Counted from the first letter of the stretch, positions 42,623-52,339 are shown. The stretch is DNA of 52,339 nt from a virus (IMGVR_UViG_3300014208_000056:1-52339), one strand, 5' to 3'. Notes: generated by a model not told the origin, from the sequence alone. Translations and numbers: made by a program.

Positions 42623-43503
42623 TGCTCCTCGGCGCCGTCAATGTGCCAATCCTCCACCGCCCCGGCGGCTGGACAGCCGGAGAGTGGGTGGCTGGTACGC
42701 CCGAGCTCTCCTCGGTGCCCATGTCCGTCCAGCCGCTCAACGGACGCGAGCTGCAGAACCTGCCCGAGGGGCAGCGCACGCGGGGCACCTTCAAGGCGTA
42801 CACGCTGACCGAGCTCGTCACCGTGCAGATGACCTCTCCCCACCTCTGCGACCTCGTGACCTGGCACAGCCGCAACTACGAGGTCCATGGCGTTGAGGAC
42901 TGGACCGCGCACACATCGGGGCAGCCGCACTTCAAGTACCTCCTGGTCGAGGTCGCCGAGGACGAGCGTTTCTCTGTGCCCGCGGGCACACCCGGCCCGG
43001 ACGCATCGCCCATCGCCACGCAATCCTGGGTCACGGAGCAGATCATGGCGCTACGACCCAACACGGCGACCCTGCGCCCGGTCCCGAGCTCAGGACTCAT
43101 CACCGACGATCCGACGAGCGGGAGCATCGACGCAGCCGGCCAGGCGACGACGGACGCCGAGGTAGTGCTGCACGTGCTCTCCGTCGACACGGCCGACAAC
43201 GAGATGCTCGCCATCATCGCCACCCTCGTGTGGGGCGTGACCGTCTCCGGTGGAACCGGGAGCACTCGCTGGCTCATCTCTGAGGACACCGAGACCGTAG
43301 GACAGCCACCGTCCGCAGGCGCATCGCCAATCTCGGGGTGGTTCTCGGCTACCGCCGGGACGAATCGGCATTCGAAGTCAGGTCGCGTCCCTGACTCCGC
43401 CCTTCCAGAGGAGAGCTTCTATCTCTTGCTGACCGGGAAGGTGACCGCGGGAACGCTCACCGCGACCATCTCCGAAGAGACGACCCTCGAGGTCACGTTC
43501 TAG
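42622..43503 (+). CDS. Head-closure protein fused to an extra C-terminal beta domain
   Basis: SVQPL..ELQNLPEGQR..K.YT..D.V.W....YEV..DW; then ATQSWV and a beta domain. Confidence 0.7.
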   Translation: MLLGAVNVPILHRPGGWTAGEWVAGTPELSSVPMSVQPLNGRELQNLPEGQRTRGTFKAYTLTELVTVQMTSPHLCDLVTWHSRNYEVHGVEDWTAHTSGQPHFKYLLVEVAEDERFSVPAGTPGPDASPIATQSWVTEQIMALRPNTATLRPVPSSGLITDDPTSGSIDAAGQATTDAEVVLHVLSVDTADNEMLAIIATLVWGVTVSGGTGSTRWLISEDTETVGQPPSAGASPISGWFSATAGTNRHSKSGRVPDSALPEESFYLLLTGKVTAGTLTATISEETTLEVTF

Positions 43504-43513
43504 GGGTAGTGGA

Positions 43514-44602
43514 ATGGGATTCTACGAAGACCGACGACTCGCGAACGCGACCACGATGGATGTGGCCTACCAGGCAGTGCTCAAGCGTCCTGCCGCTGGC
43601 GACGACTACTTCCGGGTGGTCGTCGGCATCGTGAACGGCAAGGGCGAGATGGAGGCCCCCGACGGCGCGACCATCTACGCCCGTCTCCTCAACGAGGACG
43701 GGACCGTCTTCCCGGCGATGCTCTTCGCCGCCGACGCCGGTGCTGCGCTCTCCGACTCGGCCGAGGGAAGCTACTTCGTCCACGCGGTTCACGATTGGTA
43801 CCAGCAGACCGTCGCGCTCGGGCCGGGGCGCTTCGAACTCTTCATCAAGGTCGCGAACAACGCCACCGAGCAGCAGCTCTCGCTCGAGCTGGGCTGGATC
43901 GAGAACGGGACTCCGCGCTACACGGCGAGGAAGATCCTCGTTGGCGACCAGGCCGACCTCGACTCGATGGCGGCCGCCATCGCTGCCATCGCCACCGAGC
44001 TCGGCGACTTCCCGACCTCTCTCCGTGTCACCCTCGGCAACCCGTCCGGAGTTGACTTCGCCGCCGACCTCGCAGCGATCCTCGCGGCCGCCGGGAGTGC
44101 TGGTGGAGCGCAGAGCGCGACCGTCGAGCGCAAGCTCGTCAACTCGAACGCCGTGCTCAGCGCCGACCCGACGGTAACCGCCGTCGCGGTGACGCAGACC
44201 GCTGACGCCGAGACCTACGAGGTGATGAAGGTCATCCCGCTCGCGCTTCCTGAGGGGGCGAGTGCAACCATCGACAGCATCCACGACCTCCACCTCAAGT
44301 GGCAGAGCCAGGGTGCGGCTGTCGCTGGCACTGGGGCCGGCAAGACGAAGTGGGGCATCTCCGACGGCGCCGAGACCCCCGGAGCCGCCCCGACCGCAAA
44401 CTGCGTCGACATCTCGAGCGAGATCAGCGAGACCACCGCCCTCACCGTCCACGAGCTCTCCGGCCCTGCACCGACGGACGCCATCCCGTCCGATGGGTCG
44501 GTCATCAACCTCGTCCTCATGGGCAAGGTGACGGCGGCCACCGACACGATCACCTGCGCCATCCTCGACGAGAGCGTCCTCAAGATCACCTACCACGTCT
44601 GA
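43514..44602 (+). CDS. Putative neck appendage protein
   Basis: C-terminal domain is paralogous to those of its neighbours. Confidence 0.55.
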   Translation: MGFYEDRRLANATTMDVAYQAVLKRPAAGDDYFRVVVGIVNGKGEMEAPDGATIYARLLNEDGTVFPAMLFAADAGAALSDSAEGSYFVHAVHDWYQQTVALGPGRFELFIKVANNATEQQLSLELGWIENGTPRYTARKILVGDQADLDSMAAAIAAIATELGDFPTSLRVTLGNPSGVDFAADLAAILAAAGSAGGAQSATVERKLVNSNAVLSADPTVTAVAVTQTADAETYEVMKVIPLALPEGASATIDSIHDLHLKWQSQGAAVAGTGAGKTKWGISDGAETPGAAPTANCVDISSEISETTALTVHELSGPAPTDAIPSDGSVINLVLMGKVTAATDTITCAILDESVLKITYHV

Positions 44603-44613
44603 GCCACTGAGCG

Positions 44614-45642
44614 ATGAGCGACACCACCACCAGAGAGATCGACACCGACATCGGCGACCCGACCGATGCAGCGGTGACCCCTGGGACCGGTGGTGGGCTC
44701 TTCGCCAACGTCCGCGCGTTGTGGAACCGCCTGCTCACGCTCGGTGCCGCTGCGGACGCTTCGGTCGGCAACACCCTGTGGGGACTCATCGGTGACCCGC
44801 TCGATGTCGCCGTGGCTCCTGGCTCTGAGGGGTCACTCCATGCCATCGTCCGGTGGATTGGCACCAAGATTCTCACCGCGGTGGGCACAACAGGCGATGC
44901 TTCGACGGCTGACACCGTGCTCGGTCTGATTGGCCAGCCGGCTGACGCTGGGGTGACAACCCCGACGGAGGGGAGCCTCTACGCCCGTCTGGCCAAGATC
45001 CTCACGTGGATCGGAGCGGGCAACGATGCCTCCGTCTCGCTCCCGAACTCTGGGGCGTCTCTCTTCGGCGGCCTCCACGCCACCTATGACCGGGCCGATG
45101 CAGCCGTGACCGCAGTCCAGGCACTTCGCCCTACCGGGTGCGGCACCTACAAGCTACGGCTCATCATCCCGACCGCGGTGCTCGCGACAGATGACCCGGG
45201 GATGAACCCGGTGTGGGTGGCGTGCCCAAACACCGTGACCGGCACGACGTACAAGAACGCCCAGGTCTGGCAGCTCGACGCCCTCGCCGCCGACACCGGC
45301 AACAACTACATCGACAGCGTCGACGTCTACCTGCACTGGCGCACGAATCTGTCCGTTGGAACATCGGTGGCAAGCAAGTGGACCATCGCCCCGCACGCGG
45401 ACTCGAACGGCGGGACGATGAGCACGGGGCACGACATAACGGACGAGCAGACGGCTTACCCGAAGAAGGGCGCTGTCGAGATGACGAAACGCCTCGGTCA
45501 GCCGCCGCTGACCTCCGTCGGTGGTGGATCGACGTGGATTCGCCTATGCCTGGCGCTGAAAGGAGACGCCTCGAACACCGTGTGCAGCGCCGAAGTGTGC
45601 GACGACAGCTACATCGAGGTGACGTACCATGCCCGCGCCTAG
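44614..45642 (+). CDS. Putative collar/fibre protein
   Basis: IG.P.D...GSL repeats followed by the shared C-terminal beta domain. Confidence 0.55.
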   Translation: MSDTTTREIDTDIGDPTDAAVTPGTGGGLFANVRALWNRLLTLGAAADASVGNTLWGLIGDPLDVAVAPGSEGSLHAIVRWIGTKILTAVGTTGDASTADTVLGLIGQPADAGVTTPTEGSLYARLAKILTWIGAGNDASVSLPNSGASLFGGLHATYDRADAAVTAVQALRPTGCGTYKLRLIIPTAVLATDDPGMNPVWVACPNTVTGTTYKNAQVWQLDALAADTGNNYIDSVDVYLHWRTNLSVGTSVASKWTIAPHADSNGGTMSTGHDITDEQTAYPKKGAVEMTKRLGQPPLTSVGGGSTWIRLCLALKGDASNTVCSAEVCDDSYIEVTYHARA

Positions 45643-46087
45643 TCTCACGATCCGCACGGCTGTTGACGCTGAATCTCATGCGCTGCAAGAGATTTGGGCG
45701 GCGTGTTGGGCCGACGGGTCTCAGCGCCGCGGGGTTCCGGTCGACGACACCTCTCGCACCTTCGTTGCCGAGCTCGAGGGGCAGGTGGTTGGGTACGCAG
45801 AGAGCTACCCGCACCCACTCGAGCCAAGCGAGGGGTGGCTTCGCGCGCTGTACGTTCACCCGGACCACCAGCGCGAGGGCATCGGAGCGCAGCTCCTCGA
45901 GGCGGCCTCATCCGACTTCACTGCCCGCGGTTTCCAGCGCCTCGTGCTCTGGGGTGTCGAGGACGCAGAGCAAGCGCGCGCCTTTTACGCGAAGCTCGGC
46001 TTCGTACCAGATGGGAAGAGCCAGCGCGAGCTGATCCTCGGCAAGGTCCACACCATGGTCAAGCTCGGGAGGTACATCGGTGGCTAG
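45629..46087 (+). CDS. GNAT-family N-acetyltransferase
   Basis: IRTA..D, FVAE..GQVVGY, LYVHPDHQREGIGAQLL, ARAFYAKLGF. Confidence 0.9.
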   Translation: MPAPSLTIRTAVDAESHALQEIWAACWADGSQRRGVPVDDTSRTFVAELEGQVVGYAESYPHPLEPSEGWLRALYVHPDHQREGIGAQLLEAASSDFTARGFQRLVLWGVEDAEQARAFYAKLGFVPDGKSQRELILGKVHTMVKLGRYIGG

Positions 46088-46586
46088 AACCGCGGTTGAA
46101 ATAGCCCTCCTCGCCTGGGTTGCAGCCGCCCTCCCGACGTTCCGCGTGGTCTACGCCAACCAGGCCAGCCCGCGCCCGGCCCGACCCTACGCTACCGTCG
46201 CAGTCCCCACGGACCGCTCTACCTCGGCAACCCCCTGCATCCAGACGACGACAACCCCCACGGGAGACGGCCGGCACTTCGACCAGACCCGCACCTGGGC
46301 ACGCCAGGGCACCGTGCGCGTCGAGCTCTACGCCGACGCCGCGGCCGACTGGGCGAAGACCCTCGAGTACAGCCCCCGCCTCGAGGCCATTGACGCACAG
46401 CTTCGCGCCGCGGGCATCACGGTCGGGAAGGTCCTGTCCAACGTCGATGAGTCGACGATGCGCGACACCGCGTGGGAAGGGCGCGCCGTCCTCGACTTCC
46501 GCTTCACCTACCGCGACCAGGTCACCGTGCCGGTCGACACCATCGAAACGTTCACCTCATCCGTCACCTACGAGGACCCGACATGA
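46080..46586 (+). CDS. Tail terminator / neck protein
   Basis: V..ANQ.SPRP.RPY.T..WE.RA..D..F.Y; directly upstream of the sheath. Confidence 0.7.
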   Translation: MARTAVEIALLAWVAAALPTFRVVYANQASPRPARPYATVAVPTDRSTSATPCIQTTTTPTGDGRHFDQTRTWARQGTVRVELYADAAADWAKTLEYSPRLEAIDAQLRAAGITVGKVLSNVDESTMRDTAWEGRAVLDFRFTYRDQVTVPVDTIETFTSSVTYEDPT

Positions 46587-47929
46587 GCTTCGACGGCAAC
46601 GTCACCATCAACATCTTCTCCAGTGCCCAGGCCGTGCCGCAGACGGAGTTCGGCCGCATTGGGATCCTGTCCTCCGACGTGGGCGTCGGATTCACCGAGC
46701 GCTACCGCCTCTACCAGAGCGCCAAAGAGCTCTCCGACGACACCGACGTGAACTCGGCGCTGCGGCTCTGGTGTGCGCAGATGTTCGGGCAGAGCGTGAA
46801 CAGCGGACAGCTCGCCGTGCTGCGTGCCGATCCGAGCGAGGCGATGGTCGAAAAATGGACGATCGGTGGCGTCATCGCGAACCTCGACACCTTCACCATC
46901 ATCGTGAATGGGATCTCGGTCACCGACACCGCGACCGTTCCCGCCGATGATGCGGCCGCCGTCGCCCTCTCGCTTCGCGCTCTGCTGACCGCTGCTCTCG
47001 CCGCGGAGGATGTGACCGTTTCGGGGGCTGGGGTCGAGGTCATCGTCACGGCAGACCACGCAGGCGAGGAGTTCACCCACTCGTGCTCGAAGGTGTCCGT
47101 GGCGGGCACCATCACCGCCTCCGCGACGACCCCGAACGTCACGCTCGCCGACTCCCTCTCCGCCATCAAGGCCGAGAACGACACCTGGTACGGCCTCGTC
47201 ACCGACAGCCGCGACGCCTGGGAGCTCATCGCCATCGCCGCGTGGGTCGCGAACGACGCCTCGAAGTGCTGCGCCCTCCAGAGCAACGACGCCGACATCC
47301 TCACCGCCGGCGTCGGCAACGTGCTCGCCACCCTCAAGGCGACCAACAACCCCCGCGTCTTCTTCACCTACTACAGCGACGACAGCGACCCGGTTGACCT
47401 CTGCTGGCTCAGCTACAAGCTGGCGAAGGATCCGGACGACGGCACGACGATGTGGAGCGGAGCCACCCTCGTCGGCCCCGCCTTCGACACCCTCACCTCC
47501 ACGCAGCAGACCAACGTGGAGTCCCAGTACGGCAACGCCTACCTCTCCGAGGGCGGAATCGGCGCGACCGGCCCGGGCAAGCTCGTCGACGGTCGGTGGA
47601 TCGACACCATCGTCACGAAGGACTGGTTCAGGGCCCGCGTGCGGGAGGCGGCGACGCAGCTCCGCCTGAACATGAGCTCGCGCAACCTGAAGATCCCGTT
47701 CGACAACACCGGCATCGCGATGTTCGAGAGCTGCCTGCGCAAGTACATCGCCCTGGGCGAGCAGGTGGGGCACTTCGAGAAGGGCACCGCGGTGGTCCAG
47801 TCCCCCGACATCGCGGACATCTCCGACGCCGATCGCCTCCTGCGCAAGCTCACCATCCCCTCCAACGTGACGCTTCTCGGCGGCATCGAGAAGGTCGTCT
47901 ACAACCTCGCCGTCCTCGACGTGACCTAA
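46583..47929 (+). CDS. Tail sheath protein (DUF3383-like)
   Basis: V.I.I...FG..ERYR.Y; L.AI.....WYG; GK..DG.WID....DW; KIPFDN.GI. Confidence 0.85.
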   Translation: MSFDGNVTINIFSSAQAVPQTEFGRIGILSSDVGVGFTERYRLYQSAKELSDDTDVNSALRLWCAQMFGQSVNSGQLAVLRADPSEAMVEKWTIGGVIANLDTFTIIVNGISVTDTATVPADDAAAVALSLRALLTAALAAEDVTVSGAGVEVIVTADHAGEEFTHSCSKVSVAGTITASATTPNVTLADSLSAIKAENDTWYGLVTDSRDAWELIAIAAWVANDASKCCALQSNDADILTAGVGNVLATLKATNNPRVFFTYYSDDSDPVDLCWLSYKLAKDPDDGTTMWSGATLVGPAFDTLTSTQQTNVESQYGNAYLSEGGIGATGPGKLVDGRWIDTIVTKDWFRARVREAATQLRLNMSSRNLKIPFDNTGIAMFESCLRKYIALGEQVGHFEKGTAVVQSPDIADISDADRLLRKLTIPSNVTLLGGIEKVVYNLAVLDVT

Positions 47930-47968
47930 CCCCGCGGGCGGCCCGCCGCCCCGGCCCAGGAGTGAGAG

Positions 47969-48394
47969 ATGAATCGCGACTACGACGTGAACAGCATCGC
48001 CGTCCTGCTCGGCGGCATCCCCATCACCGAGTTCGCCGATGGCGACGCGGTGAGCATCGCGTTCGACGACGTGGACTTCGTCCCGACCCAGGGTTCCCAC
48101 GGGTCGACGATCCGGTCGAGGAAGCACAACAACCTCGGCAAATGCACGCTCTCCATCATGCAGGGCTCTCCGGCCCTCGACATCCTGCAGAGCCTGCTCA
48201 CCGCGGACCGCCTCACCGGCCTCGCGAAGTTCTCGTTCATGGTGAAGGACATGCGCGGGAACAGCCTCGCCGCGGCCCCGAGCGCCTGGTTCGAAAAGAC
48301 CCCCGACCTCAAGTTCGCCACCGAGGCGAGCGCGAGGGAGTGGGTCATCGTCCTCGCCGGCCTCGAGGTCATGCACGGGCAGAACTACCCATAA
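47969..48394 (+). CDS. Tail tube protein (DUF3277-like)
   Basis: YD...V..GGIPI..FADGD..G..G..G.....MQGSP..P...F....AREW. Confidence 0.85.
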   Translation: MNRDYDVNSIAVLLGGIPITEFADGDAVSIAFDDVDFVPTQGSHGSTIRSRKHNNLGKCTLSIMQGSPALDILQSLLTADRLTGLAKFSFMVKDMRGNSLAAAPSAWFEKTPDLKFATEASAREWVIVLAGLEVMHGQNYP

Positions 48395-48451
48395 CCAGCG
48401 CGCCCGGTGGTGAGAGGGACTGACCACCGGCACGCCGACACTGGAGACGAC

Positions 48452-48973
48452 ATGAAACGCGAACCCATCCTGACGACCATCAACGGCCACGAGTACCGAT
48501 GCGAGCCGTTCGGCTTCGACACCGGACAGGCCCTCATGCTCGAGCTGGCGGACATCGTCCTGTCTAGCCTGGGAGAGGCCGGGGCCCTCGTCGACTTCGA
48601 CCTCGGAGCGCTCAGCAGTCTCGAAGCGCTGGCCTCCCTGAACTGGGGCGCGCTTGGGAAGGGGATCGGCGCCATCCCCAAGGCCATCCTCACGAGGGGT
48701 GGGCCGCAGTTGGTGTCGAGGTTCCTGGCGAAGACGCGCCGCTGCTTCCCCCCCGAGGACGCACGCGGCAAGGAGCGTTGGGAACCTCTCGCCACTACCG
48801 AAGCTCGGGACCAGGCGTTCGACAGCTACGTCGAGGGATTCGAGGTGGTGACCTGGGTGGTGAAGGAGAACTTCGGCCCTTTTTGGACGGAGCTTTTCGG
48901 CCGCTTGCCGCAGCCTGCCACGAAGCCAGGCGAATCGAAGAAAGCGGAAGGGACCGAAGCCCCGAATCCCTGA
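48452..48973 (+). CDS. Tail assembly chaperone (G)
   Basis: Between tube and tape measure; ING.EY..ENFGPF. Confidence 0.75.
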   Translation: MKREPILTTINGHEYRCEPFGFDTGQALMLELADIVLSSLGEAGALVDFDLGALSSLEALASLNWGALGKGIGAIPKAILTRGGPQLVSRFLAKTRRCFPPEDARGKERWEPLATTEARDQAFDSYVEGFEVVTWVVKENFGPFWTELFGRLPQPATKPGESKKAEGTEAPNP

Positions 48974-49167
48974 AGGCGGAGGCGAAGCGCAAGAGCATCA
49001 TCGAAGCCCTATCCAAAGGGCTCAGCGGACCGCGCTGGCGAGGCTGGGAGTTCTGGATGGTCACCACGAGTGGACGACGCGACCCCATCGACGTGCAGGA
49101 GCACTGGACGATCTGCGACGTCCTCGATGAGTACTTCGCCCTGCAGATCAGGGGGCTCGTTCGATGA
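48877..49167 (+). CDS. Frameshift-extended tail chaperone (GT) segment
   Basis: C CCT TTT heptamer; the -1 frame is open to 49167, overlapping the TMP start; WTICDVLD motif. Confidence 0.6.
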   Translation, partial: PFLDGAFRPLAAACHEARRIEESGRDRSPESLKAEAKRKSIIEALSKGLSGPRWRGWEFWMVTTSGRRDPIDVQEHWTICDVLDEYFALQIRGLVR

Positions 49168-51374
49168 GCATCACCATCCGCAACATCCTCACGAAGTTCG
49201 GGTTCGTCTCGGATACGGGGGCGCTGCAGCGGGTAGCTTCCGGCGTCGAGGCTGTCAAAGCACGGGCTGCGGCAGCCACCGCTACCGTCGGCAACACCGC
49301 TACCGCGGTTGGGACCGCTACGACTTCACTGCGGGGGATGCTCGGCGCATGGCTCGGCCTCGGGGCCATTCAAGGCGCGGTCGGTGGACTCATCTCGGCG
49401 AACAGCGAGTTCGGGTTCTTGAACGCCCGCCTGGTGACCATCACCGGCTCGAGCGAGAAAGCCAAGGCCGCGATGACCTGGATTACCGACTTCGCCGCCA
49501 AGACGCCGTTCGCCATCCAGCAGGTCGGCAACGCCTGGGCCATCCTCACCGAGCGCGGGCTCGACGCCAGCGAAGGGACGATGACCGCACTCGGTGACCT
49601 CGCCGCTGGCGCCGGGACTCCACTGGCCACCATCGAGAGCATCGTCGGCGGGATGGGCGATGCCCTGGTCGGCAACGCCGAGCGCCTGCGGACAGCTCTC
49701 GGGTCCGGCTTCACCGTCAAGTCGACGCAGAAGGACTTGACCTTCACCAACGCCAAGAACGAGAAGCACGTCATCAAAATCACGAAGGACCTGCAGAAGA
49801 ACAAGCAGGCCCTGCTTGATTACCTCGTCGTCCAGGGGAAAGCGCCCGGCAAGGCCGGGATGATGCTCAACGCGAGCGAGACCCTCGGTGGCCAGCTCGC
49901 CAACCTGAAGGACAAAGTCTGGCAAGTCTTCGTGGCGATGGGGCAGGCGGGGCTCACCGGAGTCATCAAGCGCATCGCACAGTGGCTCACCAACGCGGGG
50001 GAGCGCATCCGCGCCCTCACCGAGGACGAGGACAAGATGCGCAAGGTGGCCTGGGTCGCACGCAAGGCCGCCGCCGCCCTCGCCGTTGGGCTCTCATTGC
50101 TTGCGGGACGCGCAATCCTCGACGGCCTGAGCAAGTTGATGACCGCGATTCGGGCGGTCGGTACCGCCGGCATGTGGGCGAACATCAAGCTCATGCTCCC
50201 AGTGCTGGCCATCGCGGCGCTCATCGTTGGGATCCAAGACCTCATGGTCTTCACGCGGGGTGGAGACAGCCTCTTCGGTCGGATGTTGGGCAAGGCAGGT
50301 ATCGACCCGGCTCCATACCGAAAGGCCTTCAAGGACATCGGCGAGACCTTCAAACAGCTCTGGGAGGATTTGAAGAAGGGATGGGAGGATATCAAGGAGT
50401 CGATGGGGGACCTCGACTGGGCTGACGTGCTCAAGACCACGGTGCAAGGCATTGCCTACGCCTTCGTTGGAATCGGCTATTCCATCGTCTACATCGTCAA
50501 GCTGCTGAAGTGGTTCGGCACCCTGATGGGAGAGTCCCTCGGATACATCGTCGTCAAGTTCATGGAGGTCTGGGACGACATCACCGCCGGGGGGTGGAAC
50601 ACCGTCAGGGGCCTCGCCAAGATGCTCCTGCTACCATTTCAAACCTTGTGGGCGCCAGTCGCCGTCATCTTCGATCGTCTATGGCCATACATCAGCGACG
50701 GAGCCGCGGACGCCTGGAATCTCATTGTTGAGGGCGCATCTCGTGCCTGGGAAGGCCTTGGGATACTCCTCGACGAGTGGATTGTTCAGCCGTTCTGGGG
50801 AGCCATCGACGCCATAGCTGGGGCATGGGACAAGCTGTGGGATGGGATTTACGGCGGCGCTGAGTGGCTCTGGGATGGCATGGTTGGCGTCTTCACCGGC
50901 CTCAAGAACTGGGTGCTTGACCTGTTCGTCGCCGTCGTCAACGGCATCGTCGCCCCCATCGAGTCCGGGCTCAACGCCATCATCAGCATGGCCAACGAGG
51001 GGCTCAGCGCGCTCGGGCTCGACACCCTCGACGAGGTTAGCTTCAAGCGCCTCAAGCGAGACAACGGAAATGACCTTGCCGCCCCGACGCGCATGTCCAG
51101 GCAGGCACGATCCATCGACCCCGACAGAGCCTCCCGCGCGGTGGCAAGCGTCATGAGCATCAACGACCGCGTCAGTTCGTTGATCAGTGGAACGCGTGGA
51201 AAGTACGGCGCGACGACAGTGAATGCCCCCAGGACAAACAACGTGTCGGTGTCCGTCACTGGCTCCACGACCGACCCTGTCGCGCTCGCCAACCAGATAG
51301 CCCGAATCGTCAACGAGAAGCTCGCAGAGGAAGTGTCGTCGTCGTACGCGGACTTCGCGGATGTCATGCCATGA
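49164..51374 (+). CDS. Tape measure protein
   Basis: FAAKTPF, LGDLAAG, G..ERL, TLGGQ.ANLKD; aromatic-periodic repeats. Confidence 0.92.
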   Translation: MSITIRNILTKFGFVSDTGALQRVASGVEAVKARAAAATATVGNTATAVGTATTSLRGMLGAWLGLGAIQGAVGGLISANSEFGFLNARLVTITGSSEKAKAAMTWITDFAAKTPFAIQQVGNAWAILTERGLDASEGTMTALGDLAAGAGTPLATIESIVGGMGDALVGNAERLRTALGSGFTVKSTQKDLTFTNAKNEKHVIKITKDLQKNKQALLDYLVVQGKAPGKAGMMLNASETLGGQLANLKDKVWQVFVAMGQAGLTGVIKRIAQWLTNAGERIRALTEDEDKMRKVAWVARKAAAALAVGLSLLAGRAILDGLSKLMTAIRAVGTAGMWANIKLMLPVLAIAALIVGIQDLMVFTRGGDSLFGRMLGKAGIDPAPYRKAFKDIGETFKQLWEDLKKGWEDIKESMGDLDWADVLKTTVQGIAYAFVGIGYSIVYIVKLLKWFGTLMGESLGYIVVKFMEVWDDITAGGWNTVRGLAKMLLLPFQTLWAPVAVIFDRLWPYISDGAADAWNLIVEGASRAWEGLGILLDEWIVQPFWGAIDAIAGAWDKLWDGIYGGAEWLWDGMVGVFTGLKNWVLDLFVAVVNGIVAPIESGLNAIISMANEGLSALGLDTLDEVSFKRLKRDNGNDLAAPTRMSRQARSIDPDRASRAVASVMSINDRVSSLISGTRGKYGATTVNAPRTNNVSVSVTGSTTDPVALANQIARIVNEKLAEEVSSSYADFADVMP

Positions 51375-51928
51375 TCCAACTCCTCGACCCAACATCGTTC
51401 GACTTCACGACGCCCGTCTTCGAGTTCGACTGCGAGCTGTCTGAAGACCGCACCGTAGAGGTGGAGTGGACGAAGTACCCAATCGAGCTCGGCGCGAACG
51501 TCAGCGACTTCGGGGTCAAGAACCCTCTCCAGTTCACCGTCTCCGGTATCTGCACCGCTACCCCGCTCGACACCCTCGAGGCCAGCATCACCAGACTCAG
51601 CGACATCTCCGCCTTGCTGCGCCAGCTCGCCGAGGCGTGCCAGCCTCTCATGCTGGTGACCGCAACTTGGGTGGAGAACGTCGTCATCGTGTCGGTGAAC
51701 GAGAAGCGCAACCGTGACACCGGTGAAGCGGTCGAGATTGAGGTCAAGCTGCAGACCATCTTCCAGCCCGTTCCGCTCACCGTCGACATCCCGCCCGAAC
51801 TCCTCCGGGTCGACGTGAAGCACGACGCGACGCCGGCGGCAGCGGCCGGAGGGGCAGCGTCCCCGGTTCCTGTCGAGGAGGACGTGTCATGGGGCGCAGA
51901 CATCCTTGATGCGGTGAGTGGATCATGA
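51371..51928 (+). CDS. Baseplate / tail-tube initiator protein
   Basis: FDC.LSE...T.YPIE.GA.VSD....P..F.VSG. Confidence 0.75.
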   Translation: MIQLLDPTSFDFTTPVFEFDCELSEDRTVEVEWTKYPIELGANVSDFGVKNPLQFTVSGICTATPLDTLEASITRLSDISALLRQLAEACQPLMLVTATWVENVVIVSVNEKRNRDTGEAVEIEVKLQTIFQPVPLTVDIPPELLRVDVKHDATPAAAAGGAASPVPVEEDVSWGADILDAVSGS

Positions 51929-52293
51929 ACTACCTTCAACCCTACGAGCCGGCCTCCTCGTCGCCGACCTACGACTACACCATCCCCCTCGGGGACCAGA
52001 CCTATCGCCTGCGCCTGCGCTGGGACCAGCGATCCGAGTCCTGGTACCTCTCGCTCTCGACCGCGGCCGACGTGCTCCTGCTCGACGGCCTGCGCATGGT
52101 CATCGGCTTCCCATTGCTCCACCAGTTCCAGCACAACGACAAGCCCGACGGCGAGCTCGTCCTCGTCGACACCGAGAGCACCGGTGTCGAGGCGGCGCTG
52201 GCTGACCTCGGCTGGCGCTGCAAGCTGGTCTGGATCCCCCGCGACGAGTTCCCAGTGACGACCGCTGCTGACCTCGGAGTCACCATTTCGTGA
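51925..52293 (+). CDS. Baseplate component (plug-like)
   Basis: Y.LRLRW.QR..SWYLS..LL.G...V.G.PLL. Confidence 0.7.
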   Translation: MNYLQPYEPASSSPTYDYTIPLGDQTYRLRLRWDQRSESWYLSLSTAADVLLLDGLRMVIGFPLLHQFQHNDKPDGELVLVDTESTGVEAALADLGWRCKLVWIPRDEFPVTTAADLGVTIS

Positions 52294-52339
52294 CCACCCC
52301 CATCCTCCCCAGAATCGTGCAGGTGATGGTCGGCCCCGC
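52290..52339 (+). CDS. 3'-truncated baseplate hub-like gene
   Basis: GTGA-coupled start, MTTPILPRIVQVMVGP; position after the plug gene. Confidence 0.45.
   Translation, partial: MTTPILPRIVQVMVGP

Larger units (their letters stand above)
1..52339. mobile_element. Temperate tailed phage (myovirus-like), partial genome, probably the non-integrated form
   Basis: Integrase/xis, replication, terminase, portal, HK97 protease/capsid, sheath, tube, tape measure and baseplate genes in canonical order. Phage-type genes lie on both sides of the putative attP. Confidence 0.95.

Noticed and set aside
33245-48490. Long minus-strand ORFs (33245-34948, 38146-40167, 39954-41819, 46568-48490)
   Set aside because: Antisense shadows of portal, capsid and sheath genes caused by high GC3; no recognisable motifs.

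Overview
This is about 52 kb of a high-GC temperate tailed phage, almost entirely encoded on the + strand. It has an HK97-type head and a contractile DUF3383/DUF3277 tail, so it is myovirus-like. Gene order is: RHH/ParB/ParB/sigma54-activator operon; apparently intact attP; int and xis (minus strand); regulatory/structured leader; replication genes (ssb, Dam, SF2 helicase, P4/D5 primase-helicase, probable origin); about 13 kb of accessory, nucleotide and DNA-modification genes (degenerate UDG, VRR-NUC, thyX, Sak4, truncated C5 MTase, DUF5131, ParB-like, phospho-His domain, MTase-HNH); terS/terL; a 5-kb accessory island; portal; MuF-metallopeptidase with a putative immunity gene; head, neck and tail genes up to the baseplate (cut by the window end). 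The most striking feature is a possible phage-encoded sigma54 (RpoN) circuit. It comprises a sensor-less GAFTGA enhancer-binding protein with an Xis-like DNA-binding domain, near-consensus -24/-12 promoters in intergenic positions and a 20-bp direct-repeat candidate enhancer. No CI/Cro-type repressor is recognisable between xis and the early genes. Other notable signals are a tRNA-like/T-loop RNA leader, a recurrent 20-nt gene-junction motif, a four-member unrecognised domain family and three paralogous neck-region beta domains. No lysis genes, full tRNAs or CRISPR array were seen. All calls come from motif recognition by eye; no searches were run.
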